This document shows, in pieces, positions 41,106-51,090 of a stretch of 64,000 nucleotides of DNA (position 1 is its first letter; the number at the start of each line of letters is the position of its first letter). The notes beneath the pieces are model-generated. The model did not search any database and was not told the DNA's origin. It was given only the letters and a program-made list of their open reading frames with translations. A program made the translations under genes and the position numbers. The DNA comes from Candidatus Anaeroferrophillus wilburensis (GTDB lineage Bacteria > Desulfobacterota > Anaeroferrophillalia > Anaeroferrophillales > Anaeroferrophillaceae). The stretch is taken from the NCBI GenBank assembly GCA_016934315.1, contig JAFGSY010000011.1:493-64492 (forward strand). The letters are read 5' to 3'.

Positions 41106-41429
41106 ATGTTTGAAGTTACCGAGGCGGCGCAAAAGGAGATTGCCGCGTATTTTCAGGGAAAAGAATCGTTGCCGATCAGGGTGTTTCTCCAAGAAGGCGG
41201 GTGAAGCGGCCCAGCGATATCGATGGCCATCGATAAGGACAAAAAAGAGAGTGATCATGTGTATGAGATTGCCGGGTTTGAATATCTGGTCGATAAGGAT
41301 TTTATGGTGAAAGCTGCCCCGATCAAGGTAGATTTCAACGGTTTTGGTTTTCAGCTTACCTCCAATGTTCCCATTGCTGGTGGTGGTTCCTGCGGCGGTT
41401 GCGGCTCCAGCAGCTCCTGCTGCAGCTGA
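41106..41429 (+). CDS. IscA/HesB-like Fe-S cluster protein, selenocysteine-containing (in-frame TGA at 41202-41204)
   Basis: Read-through translation gives MFEVTEAAQKEIAAYFQGKESLPIRVFLQEGG-U-SGPAISMAIDKDKKESDHVYEIAGFEYLVDKDFMVKAAPIKVDFNGFGFQLTSNVPIAGGGSCGGCGSSSSCCS. It aligns over its full length with IscA. The TGA sits at the first conserved Cys (IscA ...GCSG...) and a hairpin follows 14 nt downstream. Confidence 0.75.
41215..41238 (+). promoter_or_regulatory. candidate bacterial SECIS hairpin
   Basis: The palindrome TATCGATGGCCATCGATA forms a 7-bp stem with a GGCC loop. It starts 14 nt 3' of the in-frame UGA, within the GCGATATCGATGGCCATCGATAAGG context. Confidence 0.4.
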
Positions 41430-41517
41430 TCCAGATTGCGTGCCGGGTTGTGGCAAAGAGGCAGCACCTGTACAGGTGCTGCCTCTTTTATTGTGTAGTT
41501 GCCGGTTGTGAGGCATA

Positions 41518-41892
41518 TCAGGTAATGATCTTGCCGATATCCTTAGCTCCGGGGACAACAATCCTCGAAGACTGCTGTCGCTGATATTCCTTGGCTTCTT
41601 CGATCATTTTTTCAACGGCGTCATTGACCGCCTGGGGAAAGTTTGTCATTGCTTCTTCCAGGGTTCGGCCGGCAATGGGGCATTGTACCGGCAGCATGCC
41701 GGCCTGGGTCAGCAGCTGGGTGTGGCCGATGAAGATGATTTCTCTGGTTTCATCCACCGTGCCATCGCTTTTGACCGGGATGAGTTTTTTAATCGTTGCC
41801 ATCTGTAAATCGGAAAAAGTTTCTTCGCGATAAAGGTTACTCCGGTCAACAGAGATCTGGTCGGTGAGGTTGGGTTGATTTCCGCTAAACAT
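41518..41892 (-). CDS. hypothetical protein
   Basis: 124-aa ORF with a plausible start and spacing. No recognisable motif. Confidence 0.45.
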   Translation of the reverse strand: MFSGNQPNLTDQISVDRSNLYREETFSDLQMATIKKLIPVKSDGTVDETREIIFIGHTQLLTQAGMLPVQCPIAGRTLEEAMTNFPQAVNDAVEKMIEEAKEYQRQQSSRIVVPGAKDIGKIIT

Positions 41893-41948
41893 GGTTCTCC
41901 TTTTCTGTCATGTGAGGTTTGAAGTTGCCTTATTGCCTTGTTGCCGTA

Positions 41949-43934
41949 TCATGGCTTTCTGGTAATCAGAATGGGTAGCAGTACCTCCTGGTTGCGGTCA
42001 TGCTGGAGGGAGGTAATTTCCTGGTACGAGGCAGCTGGGACCTCCAGTTGCTTGAGGGCAAAGGTGCGGGTGATGGTCAGCTGTTCTTCCCCTTTGCCGA
42101 CATAGAGAGTTTGGTAGTTGAAATACTTAGTGTCAATTGCCGTAGCGGGTGGCAGTTCCAGCTGCTGTAACAGAGGGTTGGCGGCAATCTGTTCCTCGAC
42201 AACCGTGCTGTAGGTGTATCCCAGGCGGAGCGGGTAGCTTCTGGTGGTCATATCCGCTTTGCCAAGAATCCAGCGGTCCAGGATGCCGGGGTCGGCCATA
42301 TTGCTGGCCGGCAGGAAAATGCCTCTCTGCTGGTCCAGCCAGCGGATAGCGTCGGGAAGACTGAATGAACAGGAAAAGGTGAACAGAGTTGCCCGGTCAG
42401 CCGGGTCTGACCAGTTGAGATTGGTGACCTTTATTTCCGGCCGCCGCCGCAAAATCATCTGCTCAAGGAAATCTTTCTGTTCTTCCCGGCTGCGGCGCAT
42501 GAGGAGTGAGCGCATGGCGGTGTCGGCGAAACCACGACAGGTGGCGGTGATCGTTCCGGCAAGGCTGTTATCCGGCTGGATCCGGTCATTGATGTGGAGG
42601 GAGAACCGGTTTTCCTCCGGCAGTACCGGCGGTATCAGACTCAGGGAGGTGCCCTGCTGGTCGGCGATCAGATAGGAGGCATCCCGTTCATAATCAGGCA
42701 GCAACTGCCGACTGGTTTCCGATGTAGGATCCATAAACCAGGCCGGTTCACCCTTGCTGTTGCTGGCCACCGTGATGGCATGGTTGAAATAGGGCAGGGG
42801 AATTTCACGATCCAGCTTTTCGTCAAGGCTTATCAGGACCGGGTTGGCTGCAAAACCGGCCAGCCTCAGCATGCTGACCAGCAGGGCGGCCTTGTCGCGG
42901 CACACCCCATGCCGACGGCTGAAAGTCAGGCCAACGTCGTGGGGTTCAAAGCCGGGCCGGTCGGTTTCAGTGGTGATTCCCATATAGCGGACCTGCTGGG
43001 CAACAAAATAGTAGACGGCGGTTATTTTTTCCTCGGCAGTGTGTTTCCCGGCCGTCAAGGTTGCAACCATTTCCGTCATTTCAGGGGTCGGTTTCAGTTT
43101 GGGTTCCACCAGCTCATGGTACCAACGTGATATTTGTTCCCATGAATCAAGGGATGAAAACAGCAGACGCATTGCTACCTGTCTGAGGGGCGGCATCGAG
43201 GGTTCGGGAACCACTGGTGGTACGTCTTTGAAAGTCCAGTTTCTGATCACCAGATTTTTTTCCTTTTCTTCATGATAGCTGACGCAGCCGGCAACCTCAT
43301 CCTTTATCAGGTGGTTGATGGGCAGTGAAGCGGGTCCCTTCAGGGTGAAATGGTAGGTGCGGATGGGAAAGAGATACTGTCCCAACACCATGCCATACAT
43401 CTGGTCAGGGATGATTGTCTTGAAACGTTCCTGCCTGGTCAGGTAATGAATGGTGTCACCGATCTCCAGACCTGGGAGGAAAATGTTGATTGTCCGCTGG
43501 TTGGGATTGTAGATATTCATCCTGCTGTTGCGGGTTGATGTATCCTCCCGGGAGTTCTTTTCAAAGTCAACCGAAAGCAGCCGGCCGTCCGGCTTGATGA
43601 TCTCCAGGAGGGGGATATCCAACTTTGCATAGGAGCGGTTTACCTGGAAAGATAACACGCCATGTTCCTGTTTTCCCTGCTCATCCAATATGGTGAGGAA
43701 AACCTCGTCTTCAGCTCTGGAAGTGCCGTTGGCCGCATAGGTAATGGTTTCTTTTTCCAAAGCCAGGACAGCATGGGCATGGGGATACTGCCTCCTGGTA
43801 ATCTGGGCCAGAAAAGCAAAGTTTTGCGTTGCTGCCGCAGCCGGATAGCTGATGGCCAGGATGGAAAAAAACACCATGGCCGGCACAATGTTGATGAACT
43901 GCTGCCTCATGTGGGAGCTGAATGGTCTGAGCAT
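41949..43934 (-). CDS. DUF3857 / transglutaminase-like cysteine protease domain protein
   Basis: Signal peptide, a DUF3857-like N-terminal beta region, and a transglutaminase core with GVCRDKAALLVSMLRLAG (catalytic Cys). Confidence 0.65.
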   Translation of the reverse strand: MLRPFSSHMRQQFINIVPAMVFFSILAISYPAAAATQNFAFLAQITRRQYPHAHAVLALEKETITYAANGTSRAEDEVFLTILDEQGKQEHGVLSFQVNRSYAKLDIPLLEIIKPDGRLLSVDFEKNSREDTSTRNSRMNIYNPNQRTINIFLPGLEIGDTIHYLTRQERFKTIIPDQMYGMVLGQYLFPIRTYHFTLKGPASLPINHLIKDEVAGCVSYHEEKEKNLVIRNWTFKDVPPVVPEPSMPPLRQVAMRLLFSSLDSWEQISRWYHELVEPKLKPTPEMTEMVATLTAGKHTAEEKITAVYYFVAQQVRYMGITTETDRPGFEPHDVGLTFSRRHGVCRDKAALLVSMLRLAGFAANPVLISLDEKLDREIPLPYFNHAITVASNSKGEPAWFMDPTSETSRQLLPDYERDASYLIADQQGTSLSLIPPVLPEENRFSLHINDRIQPDNSLAGTITATCRGFADTAMRSLLMRRSREEQKDFLEQMILRRRPEIKVTNLNWSDPADRATLFTFSCSFSLPDAIRWLDQQRGIFLPASNMADPGILDRWILGKADMTTRSYPLRLGYTYSTVVEEQIAANPLLQQLELPPATAIDTKYFNYQTLYVGKGEEQLTITRTFALKQLEVPAASYQEITSLQHDRNQEVLLPILITRKP

Positions 43935-44119
43935 GCTGATCCGCTGATGGAAGTTGGGATAAACAACTTTATTTATCGAAGGAGTTATAGTAGACTAGCC
44001 CGGTTTTTTTTGCAACACTATTGACCGGTTTTGTTCCCGGTGGCCTTGCTGCTGTCGGTTGTCTGCTTTCATTGCAACGCGGTCGCAGGAACCATGCCGT
44101 TTGAGGAGGAAAGGGGAGT

Positions 44120-45022
44120 ATGGAATTTTATGACATTCTCAATGTAATCGGCAATACGCCGATTCTCAGGTTGGCGAAGGTTTCGTCCATTCCCATCTTT
44201 GCAAAAGCCGAATACCTGAATCCTGGTGGCAGCGTCAAAGATCGGGTGGCAAAATACATGATTACCCAGGCTGAGAAAAGAGGTGATTTGCAGCCCGGAT
44301 CGGTGATTATCGAGGCAACATCGGGAAATACCGGCATTGCCGTGGCCTTCGTCGGCATTCACCGCGGTTATCGGGTGATTATCGTCATGCCAGAAGATAT
44401 GAGTGAGGAAAGAAAAAAGATTATTCGGGCCCTGGGGGCCGAACTGGTGCTGACCCCCTCACAAGAGAGTCTGACCGGTTCAGTCAATAAAGTGAAAGAG
44501 CTGGCAGCCGGGATTCCCAATGCCTATGTTGTCGGCCAGTTTGAAAATCCTGACAACCCGGAAGTTCATTACCTAACCACCGGGGCGGAGCTGTGGAAAC
44601 AGTTGGAAGGCAATGTTGATGCTTTTGTCGCCGGGGTTGGCAGCGGTGGAACGTTGGGCGGTGCCGGCAAGTTTCTTAAAGAACAGAATTCCCTGGTGAA
44701 AATTGTTGCGGTGGAGCCGGAAAATTCAGCTGCCCTTCTCGGTCAGGAGCCTGGCCTGCACCAGATTCAGGGCATCGGTGATGGCTTTGTGCCGCCGGTG
44801 CTGGATGTTTCACTGATTGATGAGGTGGTGACCGTCAGTGATGAGAATGCCATTGAGATGGCCCGTAAGCTGGCTGGCTGTGAAGGTACGCTGGTGGGAA
44901 CATCTTCAGGAGCCAACGTTTGGGCGGCCATTAAGGTTGCCCGGGAGCTTGGTCCCGACAAGAGGGTGGTAACCATTCTGCCGGATCGTATTGAGCGCTA
45001 TTTCAGTACCAGCCTGATCTGA
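44120..45022 (+). CDS. cysK: cysteine synthase A (O-acetylserine sulfhydrylase)
   Basis: PLP-lysine region PGGSVKDR, GNTG and GSGGT glycine loops, about 300 aa. Confidence 0.92.
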   Translation: MEFYDILNVIGNTPILRLAKVSSIPIFAKAEYLNPGGSVKDRVAKYMITQAEKRGDLQPGSVIIEATSGNTGIAVAFVGIHRGYRVIIVMPEDMSEERKKIIRALGAELVLTPSQESLTGSVNKVKELAAGIPNAYVVGQFENPDNPEVHYLTTGAELWKQLEGNVDAFVAGVGSGGTLGGAGKFLKEQNSLVKIVAVEPENSAALLGQEPGLHQIQGIGDGFVPPVLDVSLIDEVVTVSDENAIEMARKLAGCEGTLVGTSSGANVWAAIKVARELGPDKRVVTILPDRIERYFSTSLI

Positions 45023-45040
45023 ATCGGGCAAGGAGCTTTT

Positions 45041-46516
45041 ATGGAATTATATGCGCAGACGCTGACCCAGCTGCAGCAGAAGCTGCAGCGCCGTGAGGTT
45101 TCAGCGATGGAGATAACCGAGTCAGTTCTGAGGCGGATAGGTGAGGTTGACCAGCAGGTTGGTTCCTATCTGCTGGTGGATGTGATCGGGGCCCGTGCAC
45201 AGGCCGCTGAGGCCGATCGGCGGCTGGCGGCCGGAGAAGCGGTGTCGCCGGTGACCGGCATTCCCCTTGGTCTCAAGGATTTGTTGTCAACCAAGGGAAT
45301 GCGGACTACCTGTGCCTCCAAAATTCTCGAGCACTATGTTCCCGCCTACGATGCCACCGTGGTTCACCGGCTGCGGCAGGCTGGAGCGGTGCTGACCGGC
45401 AAACTTAATATGGATGAGTTCGCCATGGGGTCATCAACGGAAAACTCAGCATTTCAGCTCACCAGAAATCCTTGGAACCTTGAATGTGTCCCCGGTGGTT
45501 CCAGTGGCGGTTCGGCATCCGCGGTGGCGGCCGATGAATGTATTGCTTCTCTGGGCTCCGATACCGGCGGCTCCATTCGTCAACCGGCGTCCTTTTGCGG
45601 GGTTGTTGGCTTGAAACCCACCTATGGCCGGGTTTCCCGCTACGGCCTGGTGGCTTTTGCCTCTTCTCTGGATCAGATCGGTACCTTCACTAAAACGGTA
45701 GCCGATGCTGCCCTGCTGCTATCGGTTGTCGCCGGCTATGATCACCATGATTCCACATCGGTCAAAGAACCGGTGCCAACCTGGCATACCCTCCTTGATC
45801 GTGATCTTCGTTCCCTGACGGTGGGAATTCCCCAGGAGTATTTTGTCGAAGGGATGGATACCGAGGTGGAACAAGCTGTGCGGCGGGCCATCGGTTTTTT
45901 TGCAGATCAGGGAGCCACTATAAGGGAAGTAAATCTGCCCCATAGCGACTATGCGGTTGCTACCTACTACCTGGTGGCCACCGCTGAAGCAAGCTCTAAT
46001 CTGGCCCGCTATGACGGGGTGAAGTACGGTTATCGGTCACCCGATGCTGACGGTTTGCTAGAGATGTATTGCCAGACCAGGTCCGAGGGTTTTGGCCCGG
46101 AAGTTAAGCGCCGGATTATGCTGGGAACCTATGCCCTATCAGCCGGCTACTACGATGCCTACTATAAAAAGGCCCAACAGGTGCGGACTCTGATCAAGCA
46201 AGATTTTGAAACTGTGTTTTCCTCTTGCGATATCATTGTCTCGCCCGTATCGCCGACACCGGCCTTCAGGATCGGCGAGAAGGTTGATGACCCGCTGCAG
46301 ATGTATCTTACCGATATTCTGACGATTCCGGTAAACCTTGCCGGCCTGCCGGCCCTCTCGCTGCCTTGCGGCTTCAGCAAGTCGGGGCTGCCCATTGGTT
46401 TGCAGATGATTGCCAGGCCGTTTGCCGAAGAATCCCTTTTCCAGGCTGCCCATCAGTATGAACAGGCAACCGACTGGCATCGGGAAAAACCGGTCATTAA
46501 TGGGAGCGCAAACTGA
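45041..46516 (+). CDS. gatA: Asp-tRNA(Asn)/Glu-tRNA(Gln) amidotransferase subunit A
   Basis: Amidase signature GGSSGGSA and the Ser-cisSer-Lys triad context. Confidence 0.93.
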   Translation: MELYAQTLTQLQQKLQRREVSAMEITESVLRRIGEVDQQVGSYLLVDVIGARAQAAEADRRLAAGEAVSPVTGIPLGLKDLLSTKGMRTTCASKILEHYVPAYDATVVHRLRQAGAVLTGKLNMDEFAMGSSTENSAFQLTRNPWNLECVPGGSSGGSASAVAADECIASLGSDTGGSIRQPASFCGVVGLKPTYGRVSRYGLVAFASSLDQIGTFTKTVADAALLLSVVAGYDHHDSTSVKEPVPTWHTLLDRDLRSLTVGIPQEYFVEGMDTEVEQAVRRAIGFFADQGATIREVNLPHSDYAVATYYLVATAEASSNLARYDGVKYGYRSPDADGLLEMYCQTRSEGFGPEVKRRIMLGTYALSAGYYDAYYKKAQQVRTLIKQDFETVFSSCDIIVSPVSPTPAFRIGEKVDDPLQMYLTDILTIPVNLAGLPALSLPCGFSKSGLPIGLQMIARPFAEESLFQAAHQYEQATDWHREKPVINGSAN

Positions 46517-46554
46517 TGAGAAACATCTTGCCTTTCTAGGGTTACCCATCCGTT

Positions 46555-48015
46555 ATGGAGAGTCACATGGATTTTGAAGTTGTAATCGGGCTGGAAGTGC
46601 ATGCCCAGCTACGGACGAAAACAAAAATATTCTGCTCCTGCGCCACCTCTTTTGGTGATGAGCCGAACGCCAATACCTGTCCGGTATGTACCGGCCTGCC
46701 CGGAGCCCTGCCGGTTCTTAACCGCCGGGTAGTTGAATATGCGGTGAAAGCCGGTTTGGCTACCAACTGTCAGATTGTCAATGATAGTGTTTTTGCCCGC
46801 AAGAATTATTTTTATCCCGATTTGCCCAAAGGGTACCAGATTTCTCAGTTTGACCGTCCCATCTGTTTGGGTGGTTATCTCGATATCAAGGTTGCCGGCC
46901 AGGAGCAGAAGCGGATTGGCATTACTCGCATCCATATGGAAGAGGATGCCGGCAAGCTGGTTCATCCAGAGCACCTCTACGGGGTTAGTTATGTGGACTA
47001 TAACCGTGCCTGCGTACCATTGTTGGAAATTGTCAGTGAACCGGATATGCGCAGTTCGGCTGAAGCTGTCGCCTACCTCAGGGCACTACGGGATATCCTG
47101 GTCTATCTGGAGATCTGTGATGGCAATATGGAGGAGGGCAGTTTTCGCTGTGATGCCAATGTTTCCATCCGTCCTTTTGGGCAGCAGGAATTTGGCACCC
47201 GGGCGGAACTGAAGAATATGAACTCCTTCCGCAACGTCCAGCGGGCAATTGAGTACGAGGTGGAGCGCCAGCGGAAAGTCATTGCCGGCGGCGGCCAAGT
47301 GGTTCAGGAAACCCGGCTGTGGGATGTTGAGAAAGCCATGACCATTTCCATGAGAGGTAAGGAAGAGGCCCATGACTACCGCTATTTCCCCGATCCTGAT
47401 CTGCTACCGGTTCAGATTCCTGCAGAGTGGATTTCTGATTTGGGTGCGTCATTGCCTGAATTGCCCCAAGCCAAAAAGACCCGTTTTATCAGTACCTATG
47501 AACTTGCCGAGGTGGATGCTGAAGGCTTGACCAGCAGCCGGGCGCTGGCTGATTTTTTTGAAGAAGCAGTGAAACGGTTTGCCAATCCGAAAATGGTCAG
47601 CAATTGGGTCATGTCCGAGCTGCTCCGCTACCTTAACGATGAGAAAACGTCAATTGATGCATGTCCCGTAACTCCGGCCGGCCTGGCCGCGCTGTTGGCC
47701 ATGATTGAGGCCGGGACAATCAGTGGTAAGATAGCTAAAAAAGTTTTTGCCACCATGTACCGGGAGCGGCAGAATGATCCCGCCGCTATTGTTGCCGCCC
47801 AGGGGCTGGTGCAGATTGATGACACCAGCGCCTTGGCGGAAGTTGTCCGGCAGGTGCTGGCGGCCAACCCGGCCGAAGTTGAAAAATACTATGGTGGCAA
47901 ACAGAAGGTGTTTGGTTTCCTTGTCGGACAGGTGATGCGGCAGACCAGGGGCCAAGCAAATCCCGGCCTGGTTAATGAATTGCTCCAGCAGCAGCTTGAT
48001 GCCGGTCGGCCCTGA
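46555..48015 (+). CDS. gatB: Asp-tRNA(Asn)/Glu-tRNA(Gln) amidotransferase subunit B
   Basis: N-terminal [13 protein letters not shown], GatB/YqeY C-terminal domain. The start is ATG 46555 or 46567. Confidence 0.93.
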   Translation: MESHMDFEVVIGLEVHAQLRTKTKIFCSCATSFGDEPNANTCPVCTGLPGALPVLNRRVVEYAVKAGLATNCQIVNDSVFARKNYFYPDLPKGYQISQFDRPICLGGYLDIKVAGQEQKRIGITRIHMEEDAGKLVHPEHLYGVSYVDYNRACVPLLEIVSEPDMRSSAEAVAYLRALRDILVYLEICDGNMEEGSFRCDANVSIRPFGQQEFGTRAELKNMNSFRNVQRAIEYEVERQRKVIAGGGQVVQETRLWDVEKAMTISMRGKEEAHDYRYFPDPDLLPVQIPAEWISDLGASLPELPQAKKTRFISTYELAEVDAEGLTSSRALADFFEEAVKRFANPKMVSNWVMSELLRYLNDEKTSIDACPVTPAGLAALLAMIEAGTISGKIAKKVFATMYRERQNDPAAIVAAQGLVQIDDTSALAEVVRQVLAANPAEVEKYYGGKQKVFGFLVGQVMRQTRGQANPGLVNELLQQQLDAGRP

Positions 48016-48057
48016 AACGGTAATGCGGCCGGCGGGGCAAGTAACGTCTATCTTTTA

Positions 48058-48077
48058 ATGAGACATTATTGTCTCAT
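48058..48077. promoter_or_regulatory. perfect palindrome ATGAGACA-TTAT-TGTCTCAT upstream of lpxC (candidate operator)
   Basis: 8-bp arms with a 4-nt spacer, about 285 nt upstream of the lpxC start, inside a 343-nt intergenic region. Confidence 0.3.
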
Positions 48078-48361
48078 CTCAAGGACAAAATCGTCTCACT
48101 GGGTAGTTTTCGTCCCGTACCTGAAAGGGCAGCCGGAAGCCGTTGATGGTGATGGGTGTCCTTGTTTTTTTAGTTATAACCTTTTGATATCATAAGCAAT
48201 TAATCTTTTATGGTGGTATATTGACGGCAGTCAATGGTTGGCTGGTTCTTTTTTGGTATAATTTTTGCTTTTGTCTAGAGCCGTGTGGCTGTCCGTATTT
48301 CATTGACTATGATTTCCCGTGATAAGCTTCTTACGGGAGATGACTGATAAAGGAAAGAGTG

Positions 48362-49285
48362 ATGCTTTTTCAAAGAACATTGAAAAAAGAGATCTATGCA
48401 ACGGGTATCGGGTTGCATTCAGGGAAGAAAGTTACCATTGTTCTGCAGCCTGCGCCGGTGGACCATGGCATCCTCTTTGTGCGGGTGGCCGGGGAACAGC
48501 GTATCCTCATCGAGGCGGTTGCCGAACATGTGGTGGCCACCAACTACGCCACCTCATTGGGTAAAGATGGGGTGCAGATCGGAACTGTGGAACATCTGCT
48601 TGCGGCTTTGTACGGTATGGGTGTTGATAACGCCCTTATAGAGGTTCACGGTGATGAGATTCCCATTATGGATGGTAGTGCCAGTCCTTTTGTTTTTCTG
48701 ATCAAAACCGCTGGTATTGTATCCCAGTCTGCACCGAAGAAATTTCTGGTGATCAGGGACAATGTAACCGTTACCGAGGGAGATAAGTGGATTTCTCTGG
48801 AGCCGGCCGCCTCGCTGTCGATTTCCTGCTTGATTGATTTTGCTCATCCGCTGATCCGTAAACAGGCTTATACCCTTGATTTTACCGATCGTCATTTTGA
48901 ACGCCAGATCAGCCGCGCCCGCACCTTCGGTTTCCTGAAAGAGGTTGAGATGCTTAAAGCGCATAATCTGGCTCAGGGTGGATCCCTGGAAAATGCAGTT
49001 GTCCTGGATGACTTCGGGGTGATGAATGAGGGCGGCTTGCGTTTCCCTGACGAGTTTGTCCGCCACAAAGTGCTTGATTGTCTGGGTGATATGAGCCTCT
49101 TGGGGATACCTCTTATTGCCCGGGTAACGGCCCATAAGGCAGGACATGCTCTCAACCATCAATTGGTAAAAGCAGTATGGTCGCAGCCTGAGGCCTGGGA
49201 AATTGTTACTCCCCTGGAAGGCCAGCCAGCCGCCGCCCGGGTTGCCTCTCCCCGGCAGACGGTGGCAGTGCCCCAATTTGCCTGA
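48362..49285 (+). CDS. lpxC: UDP-3-O-acyl-N-acetylglucosamine deacetylase
   Basis: LpxC N-terminus (MLFQRTLKKEI...GIGLHSGK), HKxLD and zinc-binding His motifs. Confidence 0.93.
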   Translation: MLFQRTLKKEIYATGIGLHSGKKVTIVLQPAPVDHGILFVRVAGEQRILIEAVAEHVVATNYATSLGKDGVQIGTVEHLLAALYGMGVDNALIEVHGDEIPIMDGSASPFVFLIKTAGIVSQSAPKKFLVIRDNVTVTEGDKWISLEPAASLSISCLIDFAHPLIRKQAYTLDFTDRHFERQISRARTFGFLKEVEMLKAHNLAQGGSLENAVVLDDFGVMNEGGLRFPDEFVRHKVLDCLGDMSLLGIPLIARVTAHKAGHALNHQLVKAVWSQPEAWEIVTPLEGQPAAARVASPRQTVAVPQFA

Positions 49286-49447
49286 TAGCATGCCGGAATT
49301 TTGAATCGTTGGCTGTTAACGATAAAGCCCCCGGACCAACCTTTGGTCCGGGGGCTTTTTGATGGATATGGTCAATGAAACTTTGCGGAACCAGGGGCGG
49401 ATGTATGTGTTAAGCTGGAGCACAGGTCAGGCGGCTTTGCATGGTTT

Positions 49448-50830
49448 TCAGCTGACCATGGAGAACCCGGCGGCTCGCCAGGCATTCATCCCGCCGATGA
49501 CGCTGTAGGTGTTTTGCCATCCTTGGTTCTTGAGCATCGAGGCGCCGATATTGGAGCGATAGCCGGAACCGCAGATCAGGCTGATATGATCTGCCCGGCT
49601 GTTGCTGATGTCCTTGGCAAGCAGTCGCGGCAGAGGCAGGTGGATGGCTTCAGCCAAGTGACCGGCCTGCCATTCCGCTTCGGTGCGGATGTCGATAATT
49701 GTGTGGTTGGGATATTTTCGCAGGATGTCTTGTAAACTATGGATGGATACCTGAGGGAGAAAGCCGGTTGCATTGCCCGTCAGTATCCAGTCGGACAGGC
49801 CGATGCAGGAACCCACAATCCGGTCATAGCCCACCCGGCGAAACATGGTGGTTGCCATGGTTATCTGCTCCTGCCGGTCTCCCAGCAGGATAATATGCAT
49901 CGCTGGATCCACCACATTGCCTATCCATGAGGCGGAATTTGACGTCATGCCGATGTTGATGCTGCCGGGGATGTGGGCGCCGCCGAAAGCTGCCGCTTCC
50001 CGGAGGTCAACCAGCACATGCTCCTGGGGGTTGCTGAGAAATTGTTTGATGGCAGCCGGACTTTTTGCTCTGACCACCGGCAACGCTTCCTCCACCGAGG
50101 CGCCTTGTTTGTTCGTGGCAATAATGGTTGAAAAATTTTTTGGCCGGTGGGGGATTTCCCGTTTGATGAGCTGTTTGAAATCCTCTCTACTGTGGTTGAA
50201 GTAGGGATTGGTATGCCGCTCATAACCCAGGGTGGAAGAGGGCTTTGCACTCAGTCCGGCACCGCACAGGGAGCCTTCCCCGTGGGCCGGGTAGACCTCA
50301 ACGTAATCGCCGAAACGACTCAGTTTGCTGTACAGACTGTTGTAGAGGTTGGCGATCTGTTCATCAAGCAGTTCGTCGCCGGCCAGGTCTGGGCGGCCGA
50401 TACTGCCGACAAACAGCAGATCGCCGGTCAACAGCAGCTGTGGCATCTTGCCGCGGACAAGATCGGCAACGGCGACTGAGACGGCATGGGGTGTGTGTCC
50501 GGGGGTGGCAATGAACTCCATTTTGACGGCCCCAAGGATCAGTTCATCACCATCATGAAGGGGAATATGATCGTAGGATACCGGGCTGCCGGCGCCGATA
50601 TGAATGGCCGCCCCGGTTGCTTTCCTGAGTTCCATGGCGCCGGAGATGTGATCGGCATGCACATGGGTTTCGATGATGTGGCTGATGACCATTTTCTGCT
50701 CTTTGGCAGCCAACAGGTAATCGGCAATGTCACGTTTCGGATCAACGACAATCACCCGACCATCCCGGGGGCAGCCGATCATGTAGGAGAGGCATCCCAG
50801 ACCATCTACCTTGAATTGTTGAAAAAACAT
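49448..50830 (-). CDS. MBL-fold hydrolase fused to two rhodanese domains (persulfide dioxygenase-like)
   Basis: THVHADH metal motif, then two rhodanese modules. The second has the active-site CGSGYRS loop. Confidence 0.75.
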   Translation of the reverse strand: MFFQQFKVDGLGCLSYMIGCPRDGRVIVVDPKRDIADYLLAAKEQKMVISHIIETHVHADHISGAMELRKATGAAIHIGAGSPVSYDHIPLHDGDELILGAVKMEFIATPGHTPHAVSVAVADLVRGKMPQLLLTGDLLFVGSIGRPDLAGDELLDEQIANLYNSLYSKLSRFGDYVEVYPAHGEGSLCGAGLSAKPSSTLGYERHTNPYFNHSREDFKQLIKREIPHRPKNFSTIIATNKQGASVEEALPVVRAKSPAAIKQFLSNPQEHVLVDLREAAAFGGAHIPGSINIGMTSNSASWIGNVVDPAMHIILLGDRQEQITMATTMFRRVGYDRIVGSCIGLSDWILTGNATGFLPQVSIHSLQDILRKYPNHTIIDIRTEAEWQAGHLAEAIHLPLPRLLAKDISNSRADHISLICGSGYRSNIGASMLKNQGWQNTYSVIGGMNAWRAAGFSMVS

Positions 50831-51090
50831 AGCGTTGTCCCTTTCACTATCAATTAGTATGAATGATATTCATAGCTATGTGTTCATGCTCAGGAAAATG
50901 TCAATAGATTTTCCGGCATTCCAGGTTTTCTGCAAACAGTTCATGGCGTTTGCTGGTTGAATCGCTGAGATGGCCAGTGTTATTTTGTAACACCGTCTTA
51001 TCGGCGGTGTTTTTTTTGACTCGGCCGGCAAGTTGAGGTATAGCTAGAGGGTGCTTTGTGTAGCTAGGAGTACTCAATGTTAGTGGGAAT

